A stretch of DNA of 64,000 bases from Eledone cirrhosa. Its lineage: Eukaryota. The DNA lies in assembly GCA_964016885.1 (NCBI GenBank), contig OZ024743.1, forward strand, positions 105,462,001 to 105,526,000, read 5' to 3'. The translations under genes were made by a program, and so were the position numbers. Each line of letters starts with the position of its first letter. Within the stretch, counting starts at the first letter, position 1. Positions 39,362 to 51,668 of this stretch are shown here, in pieces. A model generated the notes under the pieces. It saw nothing but the letters and a program-made list of their open reading frames with translations, had not been told where the DNA came from and did not search any database.

Positions 39362-41472
39362 TTACCGTACTTTTCGTAGAGGAGGGATGGTTTTTACATC
39401 CCTTTTCACTTGATCGTCTGGTGAAGGGACCGTTGAATCGTCCCTTCGGCTGGTCGTCGGCTCTTCTATGAGTATGTCCGAATATACTCTTCGATTGATA
39501 GTTCCTCCTAGGTCCCTGAAATCACCAACTACGTTGGGGAATTTCGTTTTAATGTTTGTGTATTGTTTCTGTGCTATTTTTAGCAGTCTTATGTTAGTTG
39601 GCGTTTTGATTGGTGCTGGTATTATGTAGTCGTGTTGTGAAATGTCTGTGTGTTCAATTATGTAAGTCATTAGTTTCTTGTTGTGTGTATTTATTGCCGT
39701 GCATTTGTTTTTCTGGGGGTGGAGTGTGGTTCTGCTATTTTCTTGTCGTTGTTGCTGGGTGTGTGTGTTTTGTTGTTGTGTTTGCGATGTTGGTGCTTGT
39801 GGTGGTGGTGTTGAAGGTGTTGTTGGCGGTGGGGTTGTCGCCGGTGGTGATGGTGGTGCTAGTGTGGGTGGTGATGGTGTTGGTGGTGTTGTTGCTGTGA
39901 GTCTCTGTGCAGTAGACTTTACCCTTTTCTCATTTCTTTCCTCCCTTTTCAAAGGCGACGATGCGCTGCTTCTGCGTTTGTGCCTTCTTACGACCTTTTG
40001 CCATCCCTCTCCCACCTCACACTCCATGTCTGATTCTGTGAGGTCGGGGAGGGGTACCAGCTCCACTCTTTCACTTGTTCTTGTTGGTGATGTTTGCACT
40101 GGAGTCTCTGTTGCAGCTGCATTTGGTATTGCTGTTGTTGTTGTTAATATTTCCACTGCTGCTGCTGTTTTTGATTTCCGTGGAGTGGGTATGGGTGCCA
40201 TGGACCTATCGTTCCTGGTTGCCGCTTGTCCTGTTGCTGGTAGCCGTGGAGCCGGTTTCGGAAGGATGGGGGTTTTCTCCTTTCTCAGAGTCTTCTCGTT
40301 GCAGAAGGCCCTGAGGTGAGTCTTCGATCCACAGCGAAAGCATTTCGGGCGTTTGCCCTCAACACTTATGGGCAGTTGAGTGCCGTTATCGAAGTCTATC
40401 ACATCCGGGATGGCTTCGATGCACTCCTGGTTGGTTTGGATTAGCATCTCAATGGAGGTGCCGACCCAATATTCTCTTACTTTTTTCTGTACTTGCAGTA
40501 CAGTTGTTTTGTCCTCGATTCCGACGAGGACAGACGCGGCCAGCCAAGAAGGGGCCATCCCGGGGGGGGGGGGGGGGGGGGCGTGTGTCAGTTTGACCCT
40601 CACAATTTTTTGCCCGCAGTAGGAGGGCACCAACACCATTTCCTCGCTCCTTAGGGTCACTACGGATTGAACCTTTGCCTCCTGGTGTGTGACAAAAAGT
40701 ACGTCTACGGTGGCATATTTTTTGCTCGTGTGATGTGCGTTTTCCGCTGCCACACAGACCCCAAGGCTTTTTGTATTTGAGCCTCTGTGGCTCTTTCAAC
40801 CCTACGGGATTTTGTACTTACTGTACGGTACGTGACCGTACAGTGCTGTTGGGTTTCGAAAAAATTCTCCGCTGCCTTGCAGATTGCTCGGTGTCCTGTC
40901 TTTGTCACCATCTTCTTCGCTTCCTCTAATTCCTCATTTGTTATGAGGATTGTTTCCAGGTTTTTCGCAATACCTGCAAATGAGATTGGTTTTTCTTTGC
41001 TGCTGTTGTTGTTGTTGTCGTCAGAGCTGCTGTTACTTTTGTTGTTGCTGCAGGTAATACGACTACTGCCTCCGCCGCTGTTGCTGTGGTTTTTGTTGGT
41101 GTTGCTGCTACTAATGCTGTTGTTGTTTATGCTGCTGGTGATGCTGTTGCGGCTGCTACTGTTGTTTTCATTGTCACTGTTGCTGTTGTTATTACGGCTG
41201 CTACAGCTATTATTCCTGACGTCAGACGAATGAAATGGGTTTTCGTATTTCCCGCACACCTGTTTCGTCGTCGTCGTCGTCGTGGAGAAATCTTGCACGC
41301 TTTGCACTAGACTTTTCTTTTTTGTCGTCGCTTGCGAAAGAGAAGGGAGGGAGAGAGACACATTTAAAGAAGGGAGGGAGAGAGACAATCTTCTCTCTGC
41401 TGTAGTGATGATTGAGGAAGAAGAAGACGGAATGAGTGGGAGTGACCTATGAAAATTCTTTTTCGTAGCCAT
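39362..41472 (-). pseudogene. ORF1 gag-like protein with CCHC knuckle (one frameshift near 40740)
   Basis: ORFs 40705..41472 + 39362..40753; CFRCGSKTHLRAFC (CX2CX4HX4C); Ser/Asn-rich N-terminus and Pro/Thr-rich linker. Confidence 0.88.
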
Positions 41473-41715
41473 GTTGTTTTATTTGTTTAAAATAAATATT
41501 GGGCACAAAACTCCAATAAGCAGTTATTTAACCCCGAAGGGCCAAATAAAGGGCAGAAAGACCCCTCTCACGAGGAGGAGGGTGTTTTTGTCTACAAGTT
41601 CGTTAAAGTTTTAAACAATTTACAATTGTTATAGCGTTCAAAATTTACAATACCTTACAGAGCCGAGCCTCCGTCAACCATAGCATTCAATAATAATAAT
41701 AATAATAATAATAAT

Positions 41716-44246
41716 GCTGGGAAAAGATCTGGGCCGAAGAAAAAGTTCATAACATACATGCCCCATGGATAGACAGACAAATGAAAGATACAGCTCACCT
41801 TGAAGAACAAATATGGGAAAATATAACAGTTGAACAGTTGCGCTTGGCTCTAAGAAAAACCAGCAAATGGAAATCCCCAGGAAAAGACAAAATACAACAT
41901 TTTTGGATAAATGCCTTCACAGAGTCTCATGAGCTGTTAGCCCAACTTTACAATGAAATAGTTAAGGAGCCAGAAAAGATACCATCATGGCTAGTTAACG
42001 GCATTACATTCCTGCTTCCGAAGAACGATGAGACAAACAATCCCAAAAATTACAGACCGATAACTTGCTTGACCACAATGTATAAAATTTTAACATCAGT
42101 CCTAACTGAATATACATATGACCACCTGATAACAAATGACCTATTTCCCATTGAGCAGAAAGGGTGTAAACGAGGCTCATAAGGCTGTAAGGATCAGCTT
42201 TTGGTTAACAAAATGATACTGGAAGATTGTCATAATAGACACAAAAATCTATCAATTGCTTGGATAGATTATAAAAAAGCATTCGATAGTTTGCCACACA
42301 GTTGGATTGAAAAATGTTTAGAGATTTTCAAAATATCCCCCGTTGTCAGGAGGTTTTTGTCATTCAGTATGAAGACATGGAAAACGACACTCCTTTTGAA
42401 TAGTGAAACAAAATCACTGGAAGCTGGAGAAATTAATATTAATTGTGGAATTTTTCAGGGTGACTCTTTATCACCGCTTTTATTCTGCATCGCACTTATA
42501 CCATTAAGTAAAATGCTCAGTGAAACAAAACATGGATATAAAGTCTATGACAAAACCATTAATCAATTGTTCTACATGGATGACCTGAAACTATTTGCAA
42601 ATAATAATGAACAATTGCAAGGGCTATTATCCACTGTGGAGCAGTTCAGTGATGACATTAAAATGGAGTTTGGACTAGATAAATGCGCCAAAGCAACGTT
42701 CACCAGAGGAAAGCTGCTGAAGAGTTCGGACATTAATCTTGATCGGGGGAATCTGATAAGAGAACTTGATCAAGAAAAAAACTTACAAATATCTAGGTGT
42801 TTGTGAAGGAGACGGAATCAAGCACTCGACAATGAGGGAAAGGATAAGGAAGGAATGTTACCGCAGAGTCAGAGCAATCTTAAGAACGGAATTGAATGCA
42901 AGGAATAGGATCGATGCCATAAACACGCTTGCCATACCAGTAGTAACCTACAGTTACAATGTCATCAACTGGTCAAGCACAGAGATCCGTAGGCTCGATA
43001 CAAAAATTCGAAAATTCTTAACCATGCACAGAATGCATCACCCTGAGGCAGATATAGATAGATTATATCTCCCTAGGAAAGAAGGAGGACGTGGGTTAAT
43101 CCAGTTAGACATTGCGTTGAAAACTGCAACAATTGGATTATCTACATATCTAAGGGAATCACATGATTGGATGATCAAACTCGTTTTGAAACACGAAAGC
43201 ATCAAAAGATCATACTCCATTACAAAAGATGCACACAGATACAGTAATGGACTACACATTCCAGAAGTCCCATTTACTGCTGAAATGGAAAACACAGAAA
43301 AAGCAAAGCAGGTAAAAGTAACTGCAAAGAAAGAACTGCTACAGAAACTGGCTAAGAAATGGCAAGAAAAGCCTCTGTATGGAAAATACCCAGAGCGAGC
43401 TAACAATCCTGATGTTGACAAAACTTTAACCCATCAGTGGTTGGCATCCTCTGGACTGAAATCGGAGACTGAAGGACTGATTATATCGGCACAAGATCAG
43501 TGTCTGCCAACAAAAGATTACCAAGCCAACATAATAAAAAATGGATGCAGCCCATTATGCCGTGTATGCAAAAAACAACCAGAGACCATTGACCATATAA
43601 TTTCAATGTGCAGTCCTATAGCTCCAACCGAATACCTAAACAGGCGTGACAGAGCTGCACAATACATACATTGGATAATGTGTAAGCATTTTGACCTGCC
43701 CCATCAAAAGAATTGGTGGGAGCATCAACCACCTCCCATACTTGAAAAAGATCACATCTCAATTTTGTGGAACTTTAGCATCCAAACAGACCGAAAAATA
43801 GATGCAAATAGACCTGATATAATATTGAAGGACTTTATTGATATGTCCGTTCCAATAGACAAGAATGTATCTATAAAAACATTTGAAAAATTGGGCAAGT
43901 ATAAGGACCTGGAGATAGAAATTGGAAAAATGTGGAAATTGAGAACTAAAACAATACCAGTGTTTGTAGGCGCTCTGGGAATGATACCTAAGGGGTCTAA
44001 TGCTTACTTATCGCAAATCCCAGGAAACCCGCGTATAGGAGAAATACAAAAGATAGTACTAATGGGAACTGCCCATATACTAAGGAAGATTCTGTCAATA
44101 TAAGTACATCACAAGTCTAAACACTAAAGATGCGTGTGTGAGTATGTATGTTCTTTCTTGAACATGGCGGACCTTGTTGTCTCTTGAGGTCACTGGTTGT
44201 GACTTGGTGATAACTCGTATGAACATAAAGCAAGATAAATGCAACT

Positions 44247-44248
<2 letters not shown>
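41716..44248 (+). mobile_element. R4/Dong-like RLE non-LTR retrotransposon copy E, 5'-truncated
   Basis: RT (WKSPGKD, YRPITCL, IDYKKAFDS, IFQGDSLSP, FYMDDLKL), CCHC CRVC..ETIDHIISMC, RLE NRPDII..IDMSVP..EKLGKYKDL; one stop and one frameshift; flanked by (TAA)n. Confidence 0.93.
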
Positions 44249-44311
<63 letters not shown>

Positions 44312-44313
<2 letters not shown>

Positions 44314-45330
44314 GGAGATCTGAGGGTGGAAGAGGTCTTATCAGCATAGAGGACTGTGTTCAGATGGAGAAAAACAACATATACAAATACGTGACCTATA
44401 GTAAGGAGCCAATGCTCAGAGCTGTACTGAAGGAGGGGACAGTAGGCCAGGGGATATCCAAGGAGGAAATAACATCAAGGAGGAAGAGCAGCCTTAAGGG
44501 AAAATCCCTTCATAGTACCTTCTTTGAGAAAACTGAATTTAGAGATCCACAGACATGGAACTGGTTGAGAAGAGGAGACCTCAAAAAGGCTACAGAAGGA
44601 ATGCTAATGGCTGCGCGGGAGCAGGCCCTCAAAACGAAGTGGTTGAAGCACCATATCTACAAGGAGGAGGCTAGCCCACTGTGCAGGATCTGTGGAGAGA
44701 GAGAGGAGACTGTGGCTCACATTGTGTCCGAGTGTAAACACCTAGCCCAGACCCACTATAAGGGCTGGAGACACGATGTGATGGGCAGGGTGATCCACTG
44801 GCACCTGTGCAAAGTAAACAATCTACCACATTCTGAGAAATGGTATGAGCATAGGCCAGAGGCGGTGATGGAGAACAGTCAGGTGAAGGTGCTGTGGGAT
44901 TTTAGGATACAGACGGACAAAAAACTGGAACACAATAGACCTGACCTGGTGGTTGTGGACAAAGAAAAAAGATCGTGCCTGATTGTGGATGTGGCCTGCC
45001 CGTTCGACACGAGAGTGCAAGAGAAGGAGAGGGAGAAAATTAACCGATACCAGGACCTAAAGTGGGAGGTGAAAAGGATTTGGAACTGCCATGAAGTCAA
45101 AGTGATCCCGATTGTCATAGGCGCACTGGGGACTATCTCCAAAGGTTTCCAGGGATGGTTAAAGAAAATCGGCCCCTTCACGCTTTTTGGAACGCTTCAA
45201 AAGGCATGCTTGCTTGGAACGGCAAGAACCCTCCGATACGTCCTGAATATCTGAGGCTGCAGGTAGTGGCTTGATATTCAATCCAACGGACTTTCCAGTT
45301 AACCAACATCAATGACTGAGATTCAAGGAA
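44312..45330 (+). mobile_element. R4/Dong-like copy F (second family), 5'-truncated, RLE region open
   Basis: ORF 44364..45254: CRIC..ETVAHIVSEC, RHD, NRPDLVV, VDVACPFD, EKINRYQDL; (TAA)n on both sides. Confidence 0.93.
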
Positions 45331-46079
45331 TAACAATAACAATAATAATAATAATAATTATTATAATAATAATAATAATAGGCATAGGGCCTCAATATTT
45401 AATATTTAATTTTGGATCAGAAATGTTATAGTCGAAAAAGAGGAAAATGGCAAAATGGCTAAATAGCTAAATGGCTCAGTGGACAGAGAGGCAAATAATT
45501 TCACCACCAACACCACCACCGCCACCATCACCACTACCACGCCAAAAACTCTAGTCAAGTTACCTCAACTTCTATTTCTACTTCAACTTCAACACCATCA
45601 CTACAGTACTACGATCACATCACCACCACCACTGCCTCATTATCGCTACCGCCGCTATTCTCTCCCACTACCTCCTGCTAAGTACTACTAGCACATCACC
45701 ACCACCACCACCACCACTGCCTCATTATCACTACCGCCGCTATTCTCTCCCACTACCTCCTGCTAAGACATGCGTCGTAGTGTCCCCACTAAAAGAGGAA
45801 GGCATCAAAAGATATAAATATACTGATTTGATGACCTGGTCAAAAAATCAAAAAACCAAAAATCAAAATCAAAACAGCACAGCAACAACGAAAAACGTAA
45901 AGAAAAGAAAAATGAAAAGAAAAACAGACAGACAGAGAAGGAAAAAAAAAAAAAAAAAAAGTCAGACATTCAAACATTACATTACAATGGAACTAATGCT
46001 TATTCTTTTTTTTTTTTTTATTACCTATTTGTTTATTTGTTTATTTATCTTCGTCTACAGCGTGATAGTGCCACACTAA

Positions 46080-49000
46080 AATCATTGGGGTGATGAAATC
46101 ACCGGTGGTTATGTAACCATACATTCACCAATCCTCGATAAGAGTGTTTAAATGTCGAACCTAAACAGTTCGAATAACGGTGAAGTGGAGACTGGAATTT
46201 CATGTGACAGACTCTCACCCAGCAGGTGCTCCCTGGCTGAGCAGCAGGGATCTGGCTGTCAACCACATACTGCTGGTGTCGGAGGAAGAAGAAGAAGGAA
46301 GGGACCAGAACCAACTGGACGAAAGAATTGAATAGAACTGTTATGCAATGTTACCTGAAGAGTAACCCCAATGAGAAAGGCTATAGGAAACGGAAGCATA
46401 ACATCTGGAACGAGATTGGTCTATTTAAATTAGATGAACAAAAATTGGCCTGGCAGGCTCGGGTAATAAGAACTAATCGGTGGATAAGCGAGCTGAAACT
46501 GGAGGAACTGAGCAGAGAGATTAGGTTGGAAATGGAGAGTGGAATATGCCAGGCAAACGAGCCAGTTGGAAATGAAGGTGAAGAGGTTGAGAGAACGGAG
46601 GAACCATCCGAAGCAGACAATGATCTGAATGCTGAAATAAATAATACCTGGAACAAAGATACGGCTATTGAGGAGATGAATGCTGACGGGTTAGGAAACA
46701 ATTGGATTGATATCCTAAACTTAGTGGTAGATAAATTGAACAATGATAGTGGGAAACCTATGAACCTCAGATTTGTAGACAGGAAAAAATTAAAAGAAAC
46801 AACAGCTAAGGTAAACAAAGTCATCCCATACCTTGAGACGAGGAGCCTTCACCAGTGCAACAATATCCTCAAAGCAACAGCAAATGTGGTGAGGAAATTA
46901 CTTGGCATAATAGCGAGAGGAAACAACAAACAACAAAGATCAGAACCTTGGTGGAAGAAACGACTGAATGGTCAAATCAGGGAAATGAGAAATGACATTG
47001 GAGAACTTGAGTCCCTACTGAATGGGACACTAAAAAACATAGAGACTAAAAATAGACTGGAAATAAAGTACAAAACTAGGGGGAAAAAGCTAAATATTAT
47101 CATAGAGGAACTGAAGCAACGCATTGTAGCAAAGAGTGCAAAAATTAGCCGATACGAGAGCAGAGTAAGTCAGTATAGACAGAACCGCATGTTTGACAAC
47201 AACCAGAAGATGCTGTTTGGACAGCTTGAAGGGAAAGAAAGAGGCAACGACTTGATCCCTGGGGCGGAACAAACTAACACATTCTGGAGTGGAATATGGG
47301 AGCCGGATGTTAAACATAATGACCAGGCAGTGTGGTTTCAGACAGTACAAAAGGAGATTAGTGAACAGGCACACCAACAAACTGATATGAGTATCACAGT
47401 TGAAACTCTTAAGGGGCAGGCCAAAAAACTAACCAACTGGAAATCGCTAGGCCCAGATGGTGTGCAGGGGTATTGGATTAAAAATATAACATCCCTCCAC
47501 CCGAAACTGACAACCATGTTCAATGACTGCTTGATGTCAGGTGAGGTACCAGAGTGGTTGACAAAAGGTACCACAGTTCTGGTAATGAAAGACCGAATCA
47601 AGGGTAATCATGTTACCAACTATAGACCTATCACATGTCTGTCCGTAATGTGGATACTGTTGACAAGCACTATGTCTGCGGAAATGTACTATCACCTCCA
47701 CACAAACAACTTCTTACGGACGAACAGAAAGGATCCCGAAAGAAGTCCCGTGGTACAAAGACACAGTTACTTATTGATAAGATGGTAATGAGGAATTGCA
47801 AGAGGAGACACACTGGTCTTGCAATGGGATGGATAGATTACAAAAAGGCATTTAACATGGTGTCTCATTCTTGGATCACCAATAGCCTAGAGATCTTCAA
47901 GGTGGCAGATAGCATCAGACAGTTGTTGGGCAAAAGTATGAAGTCCTGGAAAACAGAGTTAACATCAGCTGGAGAATCCTTGGGAGGCGTGAAGATCAAG
48001 AGAGTTATCTTCCAGGGAGATAGTCTGTTTGCTCTGTTGTTTGTCCTTGCCCTGATGCCCCTGACCATTATACTGCGAAAAGTGAGAGCAGGATACAAGT
48101 TGGGAAAGGGAGAGCTTACCATCAATCACCTCCTCTTCATGGACGATCTTAAGCTCTTCGGGAAGAGTGAGAAGGAGTTGGATGTGCTTGTTGAAACTGT
48201 CTGTATTTATGTAATTTGGTATTAGTAAGTGTGGAGTCCTTGTGATGAAGAGGGGTAAGTTGAGCAGAAGTAACGGAATCCAGGTACCAACAGGTGAGAT
48301 GATAAAGGAAATTGACACTGAAGAAGGATACAAGTATTTGGGTGTTCTGGAGGCTGATGACATCAAGAACAAAAAAATGAAGGAATTGATAAGATCTGAA
48401 TACATTCGGAGAATAAGGAGCGTATTAAAGTCACATCTAAACAGTAGGAATGCCATAAGTGCAGTAAATTCCCGAGCTGTGTCTATTATTAGGTACAGTG
48501 CGGGAATTCTGAGATGGAATGTTGCTGAACAAAAAGAAATGTATAGGAAGACTAGGAAGCTATTGACTATCTACAACATGTCCCACAAGAGGAGTGATGT
48601 CGATAGACTCTACTTAAGGATATTTGAAGGTGGGCGGGGTCTTATCAGTATAGTGGTCTATGTTCAGATGGAGAAAAACAACCTACACAAATACGTGACT
48701 GATAGTAAGGAGCCAATGCTCAGTATTGTACTGAAGGAGAGGACAATTTGACCAGGCGATGTCCAAGGAGGAAATAACAAGGAGAAAGAGCAGCCTTCAT
48801 GAAAAATCCCTTCATAGTACCTTCTTTGAGAAAATGGAATTCAGAGATCCACAGACATGGAACTGGTTGAAAAGAGGAGACCTTAAAAAGGCTACAGAAG
48901 GAATGTTAATGGCTGCGCAAGAGCAGGCCGTCAAAATGAAGTGGTTGAAACACCATATTTACAAGGAGGAGGCTAGCCCACAGTGCAGGATCTGTGGAGA

Positions 49001-49640
49001 GGGAGAGGAGACTGTGGCTCACATTGTATCCGAGTGTAAACCCCTAGCCCAGACTCACTATAAGGGCTGGAGACATGATGTGATGGGCAGGGTGATCCAC
49101 TGGCACCTATGCAAAGTAAACGATTTACAAGATTCTGTGAAGTGGTATGAGCATAAGCCAGAGTCGGTGATAGAAAACGATCAGGTGAAGGTGCTGGTGG
49201 ATTTTAGGATACAGATGGACAAGAAATTGGAACACAATAGACCTGACCTGGTGGTTTTGGACAAGGATAAAAGCTCGTGCCTGATTGTGGATATGGCCTG
49301 CCCATTCGACACGAGAGTGCAAGAGAAGGAGAGGGAGAAAATTAACCGATACCAGGACTTAAAGTGGGGGGTAAAAAGGATTTGTAACTGCCATGAAGTC
49401 AAAGTGGTCCCGATTGTCATAAGCGCTATAGGTACTATCTCAAAAAGTTTCCAGGGATGGTTAAAGAAAATTGGCTCCGCCACGCTTTTTGGAACGCTTC
49501 AAAATGCATGCTTGCTGGTAACAGCAAGAACCCTCCGATACGTCCTGAATATCTGAGGCTGCAGGTAGTGGCTTGATATTCATTTCAACAAACTTTCCAG
49601 TTCACTAACATCAATGACTGAGACTCAAACAACAATAATA
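46080..49640 (+). mobile_element. R4/Dong-like copy G, near full length, disrupted; same family as F
   Basis: N-terminal WTKELNRTVMQCY...GYRKR..IW, RT ([27 protein letters not shown]), CCHC + RLE in ORFs 46328..47788, 47635..48225, 48242..48751, 48759..49556. 3' UTR nearly identical to F. Confidence 0.93.
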
Positions 49641-49937
49641 TATATATATATATACATATCAATCTTTCTTTGTGTTTGTATATTATGTATATATATATAT
49701 ACTGAATTAAATGTTAAGTGGGAAGATCCAAGAGTAAGAACACTCACTCCATAGGACGAGTTTAGTATAAATAATTACACCAGTGACATAGACAGGTACT
49801 CAATGAGACAGGCTGAAGAAATTGGAGCCTAGAACCTTTGAGTACCTGTCTATGTCTCTGCTGTAATTATATATATATATATATATTATATTATTTCAAA
49901 ATATTAACCAAAATAGACATTCGTGTGATCAAGTATA

Positions 49938-50000
49938 TTTTATTATACATATTTCAGAGGTACTGAGCTATCTTCAACAGTACGTCCTCATCAGATAAAA
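49938..50000 (-). ncRNA. minimal type I hammerhead ribozyme motif
   Basis: Minus strand: TTTTAT-CTGATGA-GGACGTACTG[12 nt]CAGTACCTCT-GAAA-TATGTA-TA-ATAAAA. Confidence 0.6.
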
Positions 50001-50151
50001 TAAGATGATGCATGACATACCCTGACTAAGCAGATGGTTAAAATTCAGTCATGGCAGACTAATAACTCCGGAAAAGCCTTACTGTGAAGTGCTTCTAATC
50101 AATTGTAAAACTTTATTCTTTGATTTATTCATTGAAACTTGTTTAACCTTT

Positions 50152-50223
<72 letters not shown>

Positions 50224-50227
<4 letters not shown>

Positions 50228-50401
50228 AACCAGTAAGACCCCGACAGCTGAGCTCAAGCCGTTTCGACGGCTAATTCTCAGAATTAGCCGTCGAAACGGC
50301 TGTCGGGGTCTTACTGGTTCCTATTACCCACTCTACTACCTCAAGTATTGAGTACTTTGGTGCGTTATGGTCCACCTGGTTCCTTACCACATTTCCTTCG
50401 T

Positions 50402-50402
<1 letters not shown>
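50224..50402 (+). mobile_element. fold-back half-hammerhead mini-element
   Basis: Inverted arms around AATTCT-C-AGAATT plus conserved tail AAGTATTGAGTACTTTGGTGCGTTATGGTCCACCTGGTTCCTTACCACA; in (TA)n. Confidence 0.8.
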
Positions 50403-50436
<34 letters not shown>

Positions 50437-50747
50437 CATATATCATATATTGAGTTAGAAACTCAAAATAGTCTTTTACAATTAAATAGCTCAAGGAAGG
50501 GAATCTTTACGAGCCGTGTAATACAATTGAATATATGAGAGGGATGATCCCCAATACAAGTATACATGTGTTCGAATTGAAAATAACCAAGTTAAGTAGT
50601 TTGACAAATACTAATTTAAAACAATATGGTTTGCCCTTCTCGATTTAAAGTAATAAATCAATAAAAAATAACAAACCTATATTGGGCAATCGCCGTTTGA
50701 TACCTGGACATATCTATATCAGTTTCGTAACAATATATATATATATA

Positions 50748-50953
50748 AGGAACGAGTAGGACGCCGACGGCTGAGCTCAAGCCGTTTCGACGGCTAATTC
50801 TGGACTAAAATGTTTTAGTCCAGAATTAGCCGTCGAAAGGGCTTGAGCTCAGCCGTCGGGATCCTACTCGTTCCTAATACCCACTTTACTACCCTAAGTA
50901 TTGAGTACTTTGGTGCCTTATGGTCCACCTGGTTCCTTACCACATTTCCTTCG

Positions 50954-50955
<2 letters not shown>
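50748..50955 (+). mobile_element. fold-back half-hammerhead mini-element
   Basis: 63-bp inverted arms 50748-50810 / 50813-50875 with a 2-nt loop, then the same tail; in (TA)n. Confidence 0.85.
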
Positions 50956-51015
<60 letters not shown>

Positions 51016-51072
51016 GACGTAAAATAGGAAAATTTTAAAAAATTTAAAATTAACTTACTTACTAAAATTTTC

Positions 51073-51154
51073 ACTCCAACTAATTAGTTTCTGTAATAGG
51101 ATAAAGATGGTTATGTAATGTAACCATCGAGAATTCATTAGGTCATCAGGGAGT
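51073..51154 (-). ncRNA. type I hammerhead-like motif with extended stem II
   Basis: Minus strand: ACTCC-CTGATGA-[~51 nt incl. GATGGTTA/TAACCATC hairpin]-GAAA-CTAATTAG-TT-GGAGT; base of stem II is poorly paired. Confidence 0.5.
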
Positions 51155-51580
51155 CTATTCTCAGCTAAGTCTCCAGGCAATGCGCGGAAACTAGGGACTC
51201 ATATAAAAATAATAATTCGGTGGATGGAACAGCTAGCGGGGACTGAATTCCATGCACTGAAAAAATTCACTGTCTCTGGTCAAATGGCAGATTCTAAAGA
51301 ATCAATCACGTGACACTGAGGCTAGTCGGAAGGAGTGGAGTGGTAAGATGACAAAAGCCTACTACCACACCAATGAATTAGTAGTGGATTTGGCAGGTTT
51401 GCTCAACAAATAAATAATTTGGAGATAAATATAGAGAATTAGTATATCTACCAACATTAGTATATCCTCCTGCATTGAACCACCTAGGTACTATGACATA
51501 ACTTATGTATTTGCTAGCATTAGTGTACATATGTACGCATATGTTGGTAGATATACTAATTCTCTCTCTCTCCCCCCCCC

Positions 51581-51668
<88 letters not shown>

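Larger units (their letters stand above)
35680..41689 (-). mobile_element. Tx1/L1-clade LINE copy D, near full length
   Basis: ORF1 + ORF2 with few frameshifts; both flanks are (AAT)n; 3' end AATAAAGAAATC then (ATT)n. Confidence 0.95.

Noticed and set aside
36945-40622. Long plus-strand ORFs overlapping the LINEs
   Set aside because: Antisense shadows of GC-rich or low-complexity LINE coding sequence.
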